NCBI GenBank assembly: GCA_050575255.1
Contig: JBNZDD010013730.1
Coordinates: 5,758,015 to 5,822,014 of the forward strand
Direction of reading: 5' to 3'
Source: Harriotta raleighana
Lineage: Eukaryota
DNA length: 64,000 nucleotides
The notes beneath the pieces are model-generated. The model was given only the letters and a program-made list of their open reading frames with translations, was not told the DNA's origin and ran no database searches. Below are positions 11,873-24,580 of this stretch, piece after piece; the stretch's first letter is position 1, and every line of letters begins with the position of its first letter. The position numbers were made by a program, and so were the translations under genes.

Positions 11873-14050
11873 GGCCATGCATTTTCATCAAACAGGCAGG
11901 TGTATTTGCTCCCCCAGTAACTTACATTATTAACTTTTAGTGGATGAAATGCGAAGAGGTACCGAAACAGGGTTTCATTTTGGATCTCTGCTGAGTGAAT
12001 TAATCTCATCCATAACTGGGAAGAGTCTATGTGAGAGAACATAATTTAGGGTACTTGATCACAATCCAGTAGTCATTACTGGGAGATCAGGCAAGGATTG
12101 TATTGAACTTGGCTCAGACTACCTTATAGTCGATGGCACTCACGGTCCACATTGCGAAAGTTCACTTGGTCAAGGGAATGGGGAACCATCAGCATATGTG
12201 GAACTGTATCCAGAATGAGTCACTGCATTCTGTGGTGGGGTAAGAAGGCACTATAATTAAGTGTAAAGTTCTGTCAAAGATTATTTCAAGCTCTCCCCTC
12301 CCACCCCCACAATCCCCGTTGCCACTACTGAGATTGCAAAGAAAGTTCTGTTGCTGTGGAACATTTATCTGCTCCACATATGTTCCACCCAATGCTTAGA
12401 AAGGAAACTTCAGTCAATCTGCTACATTTGGACCCCAGAGCTGGGAAAAGCCTAAGCACTTTATTGCTGAAAAATTATTCTTACACATGCAGCAATAACT
12501 TGAAGGGGTTGCGTGGTGCTAAAGCATCTTTGCCTCACAAATCAGAACCTTCTGCTTCTGACACCATTCAGACATCATGACGTAAAGGTGATTACATCAT
12601 CAGTAAATGGTGCTTGCTCAAAGAATAGCCAGCCCTCTCCAGACTCAGTTACTGCGAACGGCAGCCGAAAGCATCCGCGGGCCTCGCTGGTAACAATTAT
12701 AGTAATGTATACCAGATTCGCGCATATTGCATCCATATTTTAATGATTATTTTTCTTGCATGGTTTCCAATTGAAATAGCTGAACTGTAAACATCTCAAT
12801 GAACTTGTCAAAGGTCAAGAGACTCTTTAGTGGTTTTATATTGAAAAAATCCTTCCAGATATTAAAACATAAAAGCAACCAAAATTATTTTCATACCGAA
12901 GTAGGCCGCTTTCATGCAAAACACCGCAAGACTCATTTCATTTTCAGCCACCTTTGATGTAGCATTCTTCCTCCCTGTGTATACTAATAGGCTCATCATA
13001 CCATAGAGAAGCAGAAATACCATACCTACATTCTCCGTACACTACTCCAGAGTGCACTGTGGACAATGGGACAATCCTGCTACCACGTTCAGCACTTGGA
13101 GGAGTCTTTTTTTTGTTGTTACGAGCTACACGATTGCAGATGTATTTAAAATACTTAGAAAGTGCCAGAAGATTGACTCATTACTTCTGCAGCGAACTCA
13201 AAACGTAAAAACAGCAGAGGTTTCATTTGTTCAAAGAAGGCAACTTACAACAAAGGGAGACGCAATCTTGTGCCCCACATCTTAAAAGTCATGTAGGTAT
13301 TTATAAAAACCAAGCACAATCTCATATGATGTGATTGACATTTAAGTATGACAGAATATAAATTTTACGAGTCCTTGAAAGGTTTCAATGGGCAATCATT
13401 CAACGGAGTTTAAAGAAAAGTAATAATGTCTAATATTTCTCCTACTTGATGCTGAAGGTTTTCCCTTCACCCTGTTTAACATCATTCGTCACCTATGAAA
13501 TGTAAACACTTTGACTGCCTGTAGCTGTACTGCTGTACTGGTTTTAACTATAAAAGAAAATCCAGCCACATTTATTTCGCTTTACATTGTTTCTGAAACA
13601 CTCTCCTTTTGGTATTAACATCGCTTGCTGGTCCCTTGGCGAAGAGAGTTCCATTCTTAATTACAATATTAAAAACTTGTAAAGTATACAGAGCTAATCA
13701 TTCTTTAATGCCATAAGTAATGATTAGCAGGTAGCAGCTGGATATCTCTGTAATTACCATATATATGAAAGAACGGTCTTCAGCGTTTTGCCTTAGCAGA
13801 ACTCATTGCTTAACAGAACACCTTTTCATTGAAGTTAACTTCATAATTACATGTAAGCTCTCGAGATGAAAAAAAACAAGAGTTTAAAAAATGACATCCT
13901 TGGAAACTGTGCGGTTATTTTTTTTTTTCATTTTTCACATCTTAACATCCTGTGTGTCCAACAATGCCAGAAGAAGAGCATTTATAGAAACAAACTGTAA
14001 TGAAGTTGAATCTCTAATGAATAGCCAGACGTCAGAAGCACTGGACCTAC

Positions 14051-14165
14051 CTTGTAAAAGACAGCGAGCAGGAATCTAGATCCTCAAAAGGAAAGCTGAA
14101 AGGGAAGGCAAGCCAGTGGAAGTGTAGGAAATTCAGTGTTCAGTCACTCTGTGTGACCCGCAGTC
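14051..14165 (-). other. Candidate 115-nt non-coding (5'UTR or lncRNA) exon
   Basis: Acceptor tcccattctgtttcttctattgcag| and donor AAG|GTAGGT; stops in all three frames; TE-free surroundings. Confidence 0.4.
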
Positions 14166-14411
14166 CTGCAATAGAAGAAACAGAATGGGAGGATTGGTGA
14201 ACGACTGACCTCCTGAAGCTAAGGCCTCTTTGTGAATCAAACATACCCCATTTGTGCAGCCTAGTCACAGTGATTTGCATTGATTATCTCCACTTGAATA
14301 GATGCATTTGAATTAATCTGGCACAGTTTGCAAGACGCAGAGTGAATGGAAAGCATGGACTGGATTAGAGAGGGTCTGTCAGATCTGGAATGATTTAGAA
14401 GAGCCGCAGCA

Positions 14412-14446
14412 CTCTCTCTCTCTCTCTCTCTCTCTCCCTCTCTCTG
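14412..14446. repeat. (TC)n/(GA)n microsatellite
   Basis: Seen directly. Confidence 0.9.
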
Positions 14447-16369
14447 TGTGTTCATACCACACCAGGGAGATAAGCAACAGCAAGCTCCCCCCCCTCAAAA
14501 AAAATCTGGATGGAAAATACGCAGCACATACTTTCATTCATTATCTCACCAATTGCGGTTGCACTGAGCATTTTTTATAAAAAAAAGATATTTCGCATCA
14601 TTCACACCTTAATACTGTCATAGCAATAATCCTTACGCCTCGAATAGAAGAATGAATAAAAAAAAAAAACTGAGAAAATGACAATATATTTGTAGTGTAT
14701 TATTCACTCTTTAGAATCCCCCCCCCCCACCCACCCACCTCACCCCACACCTCCCACCCCCTTCACCAGTGTCACAGTTTTAATCAGCTAATTTTGTGAC
14801 TTTTTCATTTTTGTACCAATGCGGTATTTTAAAAACTAAGCTGTCAACATGAATAATCTCTAACTTTTGGTGTTTAGTCGAAGCGACATGAAGCTTGCTA
14901 ATCTTTCTTTGCTGCTATTGATATCGCTCATTGCACAGTTTTCAGGGACATTGTGGAGAAATTCCAGTTTTTTTTCAAACAACAGTAATTATGACATGAT
15001 TTGGGGGGGGGGGATACAGAATAGGATAAAAATAGCAATCTTCAAAGCAACATTTATTTGCGTCTGAAATGAAACTACCCTGAAGCAGCAACAGTGTCGT
15101 ACAGTAAAAAGGATTTAAACATCATATAGTCTCCACCAAAATAATGATTTATTTATAAAGCTCCTGTTTCTTACACGTTCATCACCGTAGGGCAGATCTC
15201 TGAAATCACTTTCCAGGAGGAAGTGATTTTACTATTTGCAATGAAACCAGATGAGACAAAAAGTCTAGCAATGTGTTCAGTTCCACATGTATGTCGCCCA
15301 AGCTCTCTCCCTCCTAAACCTGAGACTAAAAACACACAAGACACATCCCCGACTCACACTAAACGTCTGTTGCTCTGGACTAAATAAATGCTATTCAATC
15401 GTATTAAGGGATTGTCCCCATGTCCACCTAAACTGACTGCAATACAACTCGAAGCGTGTCATTTTGAATGCAATGTTATTTAAAAGTTAATTGTTTCCAA
15501 GTGCATGGGACAACATGAAAACGTAGTACCAAATGAGCCCAAACTGATTTGGTTCTGAGATGGTGATGATATCCCTCAGGTTTAAACAATAAATAAAAAA
15601 ATAAGTTGAAAGAAAACCTAAATTGATTTTTTTTTAAAGAAAAACAAAATGGACATTGGTTCAAACAACTGTTCCCAAATGTGTCCTTGAATACAACTAA
15701 CTCTTCAAAGCAGTAAGATCTCATACAGATCTAATATCTCCATTCCTTGCGTTCAGTAAACAGAACAGCTTTCACCATGACAATAGTGAACCTGCCAAGA
15801 CAAGCACTCTGGACCAGCAGGTTGGTTGATGGATGCAGAGTTCCCAACATCCAACAGCATTTAAGAGACAAAAAGTTCACAAAGATTTTTTTAATTGTTT
15901 AATGCTGTGGTGTAAAATCACCTCAACGAGTCCAGTTTCTTTCCTGCGCCATGGCCAGTAAAACTCTTATTTTTAATGCCTTCAATCTGTGTGACTGATC
16001 TTGAAGACTGAATTCACAGTTGAGCTGTCAGCCCACTGGCACCAACAAGGCCTGTTGCTCTAGGGCAGCTTCAACACAGAGCTCTAGGGCAGGTTCATTC
16101 TCACAAATTCCCACTTGGGGAGAGGGTCGAATCCTGGCTGGGTCAATGGAGTTAGGTGCCGAACAAAAGCCCCCAGATATGTTTTGAGAGTGGGATGATC
16201 TGAGGACACCCCAATGGAGAAAGAAAGTGACAAAAGTTGAATAGTGCGGGGTGTGGGGGACAGAATTCACAGAACCCAGCAGTCTCTTCTGCAAGAGTTT
16301 GGAAAATAAACACATTTGGTTTGCCAAACAGTAAATGTGGATGGAAATCATAGAGCTCAAGAGTTTTAC

Positions 16370-17220
16370 GTTCCTCTCTCTTTTTTTTGTCTGTCGGCAG
16401 AGACCAGAACGATTGTGGACACAAAGGACCTCCTGATTTCTGTTTAAAATCTTCTTGAAATCTGTTTAAAGCCTTCTGCCAAAGGCTGCTTTCGTAAATA
16501 GAGGTGGAGACGTTAAAAGGGGTCGCCAATGTTGATGTGTCTGATTTCCCTGAGTGTTTAAACCAGCAATGCCCAGATATGTGATACCATCATTTGGTGA
16601 CCAGAAACAGTCACACCCATGACCTCAACAATGTAAAGCCGTGAATGATTCTGATCAGCAAGTAAGAATCATTGACTTCGAAACCCGTGTTTTCTGTGTA
16701 GATAAAATGGTAGAGCTGGGAACTTGGTACAGTAACAGAAGAGTGTTTTTGTGCATTAAATACAAGCTCATTGAAACCCGTTGAGTTCTTCTTCGATGAA
16801 TAGCTATCCAACCTGGTGTGAAAGGCACTACCTGTATTTTTATTATTATTTGTTAACCTACACAAACTCATTTGAAAACAAATATACCATCTAGACACTC
16901 CAAAGTTCATCTTAACCTTTACAAAAATCATGCAGACATATCACACACTTGAAAGGCAAACAGTCACAGATAGTGTCTCTGCTCTTTCAAAGCTCAATAA
17001 AGCCACAATCCTCAGCAGACATCTTTCTGACAGTTCTCACTTCTGAGCATTCAAGAAAAAAATACATTACAGGCATGAAAATAACTGTGAATGTGAATCC
17101 TAGCTGCAATATCTCTGAAGCAAGCGTTACACCCTGTTTCACATTCACATGGTTTCTCAAGGACAGCTTGGAGCATTCACTGCCATCACTCAATAGGAGA
17201 GAAATACTATATTTCTCCAT
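16370..17220 (-). mobile_element. Highly degraded RTE-clade LINE relic
   Basis: Collinear minus-strand peptides VNVKQGVTLASEIL (like GVKQGCVLAP), RKMSAEDCGF (like LLFADDCAL), TGSAFHTRL (like ASxAFGRL) and SLWQKALNRFQEDF (like the RTE C-terminus). Confidence 0.4.
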
Positions 17221-18467
17221 TTACAGCTCGGAATAATAACGAATGGAATGTCTTATAATGCTCAGCCACTCCCTAACCCCCCCCCATTCCCCCTCACCTC
17301 TTCCAGATAACTGGAACCAACAATTTAATATAGGTGAAAAATTAAAGATCAGTCGTCAAACTGAGATCTGCCTACACATGAGAATTGCTTCGAGTAATTA
17401 AATTGCGCATTCACTTTGCAGATATATGACAGATCAGTATCAATACATCTGAAAACATATATCCTGTAGACTCTGATTAACCCTTCCACCTTTGACACCA
17501 CAGTGACTGACTTCAGCACATCCGCTTAACTATCTCACTTCCTAAAGCCAGCAGAAACAGTTAAGACACTGGCTCAAACTTATGACCTGATGCTCTGATC
17601 ACGAAATCAGGTCAAAATGTAATAATCCATCTCCCAATTGACTTAAAAAAAAGCAGATATTGGAATCTTTTCTTTCTTCCAGGATCCTAATTACTGATGG
17701 ATGACGCATTCTGGATGGTGGCTCTGGATTTGAGATCAGACAAGAGAATCACTAAAAGCCACAGCGAAGGGGTGTGAATTTGAGTAAAAGAAATAAACAG
17801 AATGTAAATTAAAATCAATAAAACAGAAAACAGAAAACAGTGAGTAATGGCAGAAAGAGAAAATAAAATATGCATAATGTATTACATTTTAGAGATCAGA
17901 ATTGGCTAAAATATATATTTGAATACTACAGTAATATTATAGAAACACAACTACACTTAATACCCCAGTCCTTTTACTATTGGTCTTGGAGTTAATGGGG
18001 AGGAGGTCAATAAAAGTCAGCCCAGGGGAGCATGTAATTCTCAAACGTGCTGTTGCTGTAACATGGCTTCTGAGTTAAATGGAACCTAAATCCCTCAAGC
18101 ATTCACAAAGTTTCTTATTCTGAATTTTGTTGTGTAACTAACACTCAATAAAATCAAACGCAAAGGCCTTGTGTACTTCTCAAAAAGAAAAGGGGGGAAC
18201 AAAGTTCCACCAATTCCCCGAGTCTGGCTGGGGAAACTGCCAAAATGCAGTTGACTTAAGCAAAGGATTGTTCAAGCTTGAGAAGAGAGTGGAACTGTTA
18301 GCGGTGTTTGTTTTCCCTTTGGCTTTCTGTCAACTGTGGTGACAGCTATTTATCATTTCCCATTTCACTTTGTTCGGGTTTGTCAAGAAAGAGGTTTAAT
18401 TTCACGTCTTCCATCAAGGCCCCGAACCTTTGGTGATCCTGATCACAGAAAGAAACTAGCCACAAAC

Positions 18468-18470
<3 letters not shown>

Positions 18471-18499
<29 letters not shown>
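18471..18499. repeat. (GA)n microsatellite
   Basis: Seen directly. Confidence 0.9.
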
Positions 18500-18502
<3 letters not shown>

Positions 18503-18553
18503 GAAATGATCATTTCAGTGACTCCATTTATTTTCTTCAGGACACATCTCAAT

Positions 18554-18710
18554 TTGAAGAGTGCAAAGCTTGACAGCCACCGAACCCACATTTGTTTGAA
18601 GGGCGAGCTAAAGTTCTTGCACTCACCAGTGNTTGAAGAGTGCAAAGCTTGACAGCCACCGAACCCACATTTGTTTGAAGGGTGAGCTAAAGTTCTTGCA
18701 CTCACCAGTG
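18554..18710. other. Assembly overlap duplication around single n (18632)
   Basis: 78 bp repeated with one C/T difference (ggcgag/ggtgag). Confidence 0.85.
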
Positions 18711-18751
18711 AAAGCACACAGGCTAGATTCTGCTAGTTGACCTAAATACTC

Positions 18752-18752
<1 letters not shown>

Positions 18753-18794
<42 letters not shown>

Positions 18795-18839
18795 NNNNNN
18801 NNNNNNNNNNNNNNNNNNNNNNNNNNNNNNNNNNNNNNN
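18753..18839. other. Poly-C tract running into an N gap
   Basis: About 40 C followed by an N run at 18795-18839. Confidence 0.9.
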
Positions 18840-20379
18840 CCACAGATGGGGATGTGTCACTTGATGAAGCCTGAATGACTTTGCTGCTCCCAGTGAAAAT
18901 TGCACTGAGTCCCAACAGTGAGTGTGTTCAGCAGGGAAGCCCCCAAAGTCGCTTTGGAGATACAGTGATGAATGTAAGTTGCAAGAGGACCTCACAACTT
19001 ACAGGCAAAGCACATGCACTCTTAACCGCTCTCTGTTTCCGTTGTCTATTCGTTTTTACAACACCAAAATCAGAGCGGTGTTGAGAAATCCCCCCAGGGA
19101 AACAGCAATTAATTCAGCATTGGGGGCATCGCAGGTCCTTGCCCAAAGGAGCAAAACAAAATATATTTTTTTATTATTGTTCATTTCGCACGTTTTATAC
19201 ACACACACTGCAGATAATAATTTGTTACAGGAGCAACAGTCGTTAAACTGCTTTATCTCAATTCTGAAGACAGATGCACACAGGACACCCCAGGATGTTT
19301 AAGACTCTTTTCAGTCCCCTCATGGGCAAGTTGTTAAAATGGGTGAGATGTTATTTGCAAGGCCCTCTTTGATAAATACGATGCAGCCCAAGTCCCAAGA
19401 ATTTGAACTGCCACCGTCGATTAACAAGAAGCTGAAACTCCATGAAACGTTCATTCGAAGCGCTGCAGCAAAATACCAAGATTATAATGATATAAATCAT
19501 TCCACACTGCAGGAGCTTGCAGTGAAAGTGAGTCACACAAATGTGACTGTCACACAATGCTATGCCCTGGAAAGTAAGCTAGTCTCTTATTGATGGACAG
19601 ACAGAGATACCAAGATGTCTTGGAAAACAATGGGAATGATTTCCTTGGCAAGAGATCCAGAAAATAGACTTCAATGGTATTCAAAGTCAACTGGTGGATA
19701 TTTACATATTTCTGTACATGTTTCGACCCTCCCCACCTCCCCTCCCCCCACTCCCACACATACTCCCCACCAGCAAAGGAAGGAGCTTTCAATTATGGCA
19801 AGTAGTTTGACTTGCTGGGAGTTCACAGACATCCAGCCTCGGGAAAATACCTGCTCCTCAAGCGTTTCAATGTGACTCGTGTCTCGTTACTCACAATTAA
19901 AAATACCATCAGACTCCGAGACAAACTGCTGCTCGTGATTTGTGGGGGACTCAGGCAGTGCCTTTGGCAGAAGTAAATCAAGCTGTGCTTGTCCTATTAC
20001 TGTGATACGAAATTGTAGTTGGAAAATTCAGTCCTGCTGACCTAGACTCATAAGACCTCATAAAACAGCGTTATCTTCATTTCTGCATGTTCACGTAATT
20101 GTTTGTTCTGCAATGCCACAGGTTCATTTATTGAGTAACAGAACGTGTTTTAAAATGAAGCAATTATTTTTTTCTCTCTCTCTCCCTCCCTCCCTCTCTT
20201 GCCAATTTTCCCCACTGCTCTTCCTTCCCTTTCGTGGCATTTGAATCCTTCCCATGTCTCCTGTCCCAGCTGAAATCCGTAAACTCAGTACTGAGGGAGG
20301 ACTGAATTTCCTTGAGGGTTGATTTCAGGTTCTCCTTTGCGTTTGGAGAGCTCGGTTTCACACCAAGCATTGCTCTTTC

Positions 20380-20630
20380 TCTTTTTATATACCGATCAAG
20401 CAATTGTGATGTCTTTCTTAAACTTCAGTGAGTGTGAGGAAGTTACTATAATTTCACTCTGTACTGTGGCTTGTCCTTAACTTCACTTATCTAACCCCGC
20501 CCCCACCCCTTCACTCGCCCCCCCAAAACAAAAATCCTCGTTTTCCACATGAAGATTAAAAAAAAGCATCTAAACTTAGTGACATACCCATTTTTATATT
20601 ACACTGTCGGAGAAATTTTGATTGGATAAT
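20380..20630 (-). promoter_or_regulatory. Candidate Pol II core promoter (TATA, GC box, CCAAT)
   Basis: On the minus strand: TATATAAA at 20391-20384, GGGGCGGGG at 20503-20495, CCAAT at 20625-20621, in canonical order; GA-rich sequence downstream. Confidence 0.35.
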
Positions 20631-22029
20631 TGCCCCCATGCAGTCCTGAACCGTGGCCCCCATGAATAAGTTTAACTCGAGTTTAAACTTATCTTTATTT
20701 AAATGGGGGGATTTGTCAATGCGTTTAATGGAGCTTCCTCCTTCTCAGATCCACGATAAAAGGTAACATTTAATGGCAAACGAACTGAAATCGTCAAGGG
20801 GATGGGGATAAAGAGGGGAAAGGCCAGATTAGCCTTTGTTTGCCACTGTGCCTATAGCAAACCTGGAGAATTCAAAATGAAGAAAAATCCACTGTTGAAA
20901 TTCTTCAAATGCAAAGCTCTCTCACCACTACTGATGCTAGTGGGCTCCACTGTGAAATCCACGGAGGGCGAATTAACATAACTGCCACCAGCCTGACTGC
21001 CTCCTCCCTGGCCCGCAGTCAATTTTAACAAGATTCACCTTCAATATTGCTTCTTTATTTTCTTCTTCTTTCTCTCCTCCCTTGCATCATTCATATGCGG
21101 AGCTCGAACAAAAAGTCGCGCAAAAAAAGAAAAGAGAGAAGTCAAATCTAAAAACCGTGATGCAAAATGGGTATCCGCCTTTTGGGTGTCTGTTGGAAAT
21201 GTGGGGGGACATTACAGCATCCACCGCCACCTCTCTCTTCTGTGGGTAAAACCAGACTATCGCTGTAGCTGGATTACAGGAATGAATGCCTTCTCACACG
21301 CCAAAATACACCAATTCGGGAAAATGGATCAATTACCAGGGAGGGAGGGAGTTAAAAAAAAACATTGCAATTGTATTCGCCGATTCAGATTTTGTCTCGT
21401 ACAAAGTAAAGAGTGCCAAAGATACAGCAGTTTACACGATCATTTGAACTCCCATCGTTTCTTAAATCTGTACCAGTTTAATTTGTTTGCAAGCTTTTTC
21501 TTTTGATTTGGAGCTCTGGAATTCCCCATGGGGTTGGCAGCTATGCCCTTGGTGTGCAAAGATGCTATTGATTTTAATCTACTCTTGATTACCAGGGTTT
21601 ACTCTAGTTAGTGTATAGCATTGCATTAGAATACATAACATATCATGAATAATGCAACCTCTCACTCCAAGATAAAGCTATTTAATACTTTTTCCATGAG
21701 CCATGAGAGATGACGTGCATTTATTTATATCCCTGCGGTTTCTCAACGCCAATGTTTTCGTTTGAAATAGACCTAAATAGCACACAGTTCATCGCATGCC
21801 ATGATTTCTGTGGGTGAGACTTTCTTCAACCTTAACCCAGATGCAAGCCAAATTAAAAATGTTGATACACAGTTCCTGTAAGCTGTGAAGATAATTATTT
21901 ATTGCTGCTCAAGTCTCGTTAACCGCCATGAATTGTGTGTACTGTATTGCGATGTAAAAAGATGTTTTATTCCCAAATACCTTTAAGAAAAGTTTGGCCC
22001 GATTCAACAAGGCCCAGTAAACACACCCT

Positions 22030-22280
22030 GATTAGTTAGTAAACAGTGTGGTACTTAGCCAATATGGACCATAAAGATCCAACTGGATCCTAGGTTGATC
22101 CACGGTCAGTAATCTATTATACTTTATTATGGTGGAAGTTCTGCAATCGATCTTACTGCCCCCACCCTCACTCCAGGCTGGGAGGGGGTTGGGGCACAGT
22201 CTCAATCCAGATCCCTGTTCAGAGATTTTGCTGGATGTGTGCATGTGGATGATAACTCAGGTTTAGTTTTGACATTTCCT
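22030..22280 (+). mobile_element. Old SINE-like family B
   Basis: Head gtgtggtacttagccaatatggacc..cctaggttgatcc resembles the reverse complement of 36840-36880; later tgctggatgtgtgcatgtgga. Confidence 0.5.
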
Positions 22281-22779
22281 CTCTTCCCCCACTTCAATCC
22301 TCTCCTCCCTGGTTCAACTGTCAGTTTCACCCACTGTTGAGGCTCTGTCAAGATTGATGATTGTTGCCAACTTGAGGCATTGGATTGCTACTCGTATTCT
22401 TCAAATCGTAATTCATTGCCTTGGTCATTGCCTTCAAATAAACAGCGAACCAAGAAAACAGGGGGAAAAGATTGGATCCTGTACAAAATAAGTATGTTTA
22501 GCAAGCAATTGCATTCACTTTACACTACAATGAACAACCTGTGAAAACATGGGGGAAAATGACCCTGCCTATCAGTTTATTCAACCGAGTGACCAAAGAA
22601 GCTAAACTCAACCCAAACCTATCATTGCCACTTACCGGCTTAGTTCTGGACTAAATTAGCTGGGACTCCCATCTATTTATTCCTCCAGTGATTTGCCCCA
22701 CCCCATGTCCAAGGGTGTGGAGTAGGATTGGGTGTGTGTGGGAAAGTCATTGGAAAGGAATAATTAAATGGCAGTGCTA

Positions 22780-22920
22780 GCTAATGTATCCCCTCCCTAG
22801 CCTCTGATATGTTATGTTTAATCATAGTATTCTGACAAAGTATGAAACTTCAAATGGATCCCGGGATCTTTGCTCTCTGTATGGCTCAGAGTCACTCCAG
22901 GAGCTATCCTGACTCACTGA
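22780..22920 (-). mobile_element. Old SINE-like family B head
   Basis: Reverse complement ctgagccatacagagagcaaagatcccggg..gctagggagggga. Confidence 0.45.
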
Positions 22921-23369
22921 GATATTGGAAGATTGAAAAAAAGAGGCTGCTGTAAGGTGCTGAATGATGATCAAAACCGAGCTTCCTGTGGTGAAGTGCT
23001 CTGGAATCTCAGGAATTGGTCTAGTCTATAAAACAAGTTAATATAGTTTTACTTCATGTAGTTGTAGCTCAACTTGTGCTGATGTTTGTATCTGAGGTTG
23101 TACAATCAGCCGTGAATATCTGTACTCAATTTACTTTACATCAGCATAATCACTAAGTAATCCCTGTTGCTTGTACAGGTCAAGAACTGTTGCAGGCTTT
23201 AGTAGTGATTTACGATTTGGAACTCCACTCCTCATAGAAAAACATACTGAAATCATCTTATTGATGGTGGAAAATTCGGAAAGCAAAAGGAAACAGAATA
23301 CAACAGTTGGACTCAAAGGGATCAGTTACAACACCTTTGCACCTTATTTGGGGGGGGAGGGAAAAAAGT

Positions 23370-23730
23370 TTGTGATTTACTGTGTACCAAAAATATATTT
23401 TGACATCAAGGCCATCCAGAGAGCAAAAGAGACAAGGAAGAAGAAAATCAGAAAACAGTCTACGAAAGAGAGAAAATCATACCTATTCAATATGCTTGAA
23501 GCAAACTTCAACTGAAAGTTGGAAATTGTTGGTGGATTTACATTTCCGTATCAACCCATTATAAGATCGTACCTGGATTCAAGAAATCATTTTGTGTAAA
23601 TTGTTTTCATATACAGTATCATTGAAATGCAGGCAATGGGAACCAGCACTGCATTATGACAAGAAGGACAATAATCTCCATAATTCCGGTTTGGACAAAC
23701 ATATACGTAAAGCATTGCAGTATAAAGAGT
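23370..23730 (+). mobile_element. Degraded CR1 ORF2 C-terminal relic
   Basis: YCVPKIYFDIKAIQRAK..KERKSYLFNMLE (like YCVQFW..DIxAIERVQ..YEERL..LFSLE), followed by WEPAL..LDKHI. Confidence 0.4.
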
Positions 23731-24439
23731 GCACAATCAAATTGCTATCTCCTAATCTCACTGATGCAGCAATAAGCCTCTGCATAAATCCTAGCCTGTA
23801 CAAAAATAACACTCTCCTTTTCAATGAAAAAACAGGTTACCACTCTTTGTGTTCTAATCATAAACTGGCCGACTGTAAACATTGATGGCCACTTGATTTC
23901 AGTACCTAAAACACTTCAACACAAAGGCATCTCTTCACTTTCCAAGAGACTGCTATATTCCTCCCTCCATTTAATTAGAGACAGTGATATACATAGAATA
24001 GTCACATCCATTGGAGATTATGGAGTGGACCATAATAAATGGATTGATTGATTAAAAACAGCGACTCGTCAAAATAACTGATGCCTGAACTTTGTACAGG
24101 GCCTGCATGCGTCAGTGAAACATTCAAATTGGTTAGAATTGGACCCAAAGACTGAACAAAGAAGCTTAAGATGTTTCCATTTTACTATTTCCAATATTTT
24201 GTATGACTGAAAGTTCCTAGGGTAAAATATAAGAAGAGACCCATTAAATATTGAAATTTGCATTTTTCTCACTTTGTGTAGAAATGACATACAACAATGA
24301 TACATAATTAATCATGCGTTTTTTTTCTATCAATGCTCATATTCATGATTTTGATTAAAATGATTTGATTTTTAAAATCCAAATATCTAGCCTGAGTTAC
24401 TTTAAATTAAATGACAATGTCGGCAAGCATGGCGATGAA

Positions 24440-24580
24440 TCTGTGTCAGCAATATCCCACAAGGGATAATGTGAGGAATGTTCAATTAATCTGGTTTGGG
24501 GTAAATTTGGATCAGAAAGAAATACTGGGCAGGACACCAGAGAACTTCCTACTAATGTTTAAAATGCACATGAGCTTGGA
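24440..24580 (-). mobile_element. Deu-domain SINE fragment
   Basis: cagcaatatcccacaa and gggcaggacaccagagaacttcc match the copy at 47043-47463. Confidence 0.55.

Noticed and set aside
13088-13108. REST/NRSE site
   Set aside because: Only the TTCAGCAC half matches; spacing and right half are wrong.
20164-20403. 79-aa minus-strand ORF as a coding first exon
   Set aside because: It runs into a GA repeat, has no donor and no recognisable homology.
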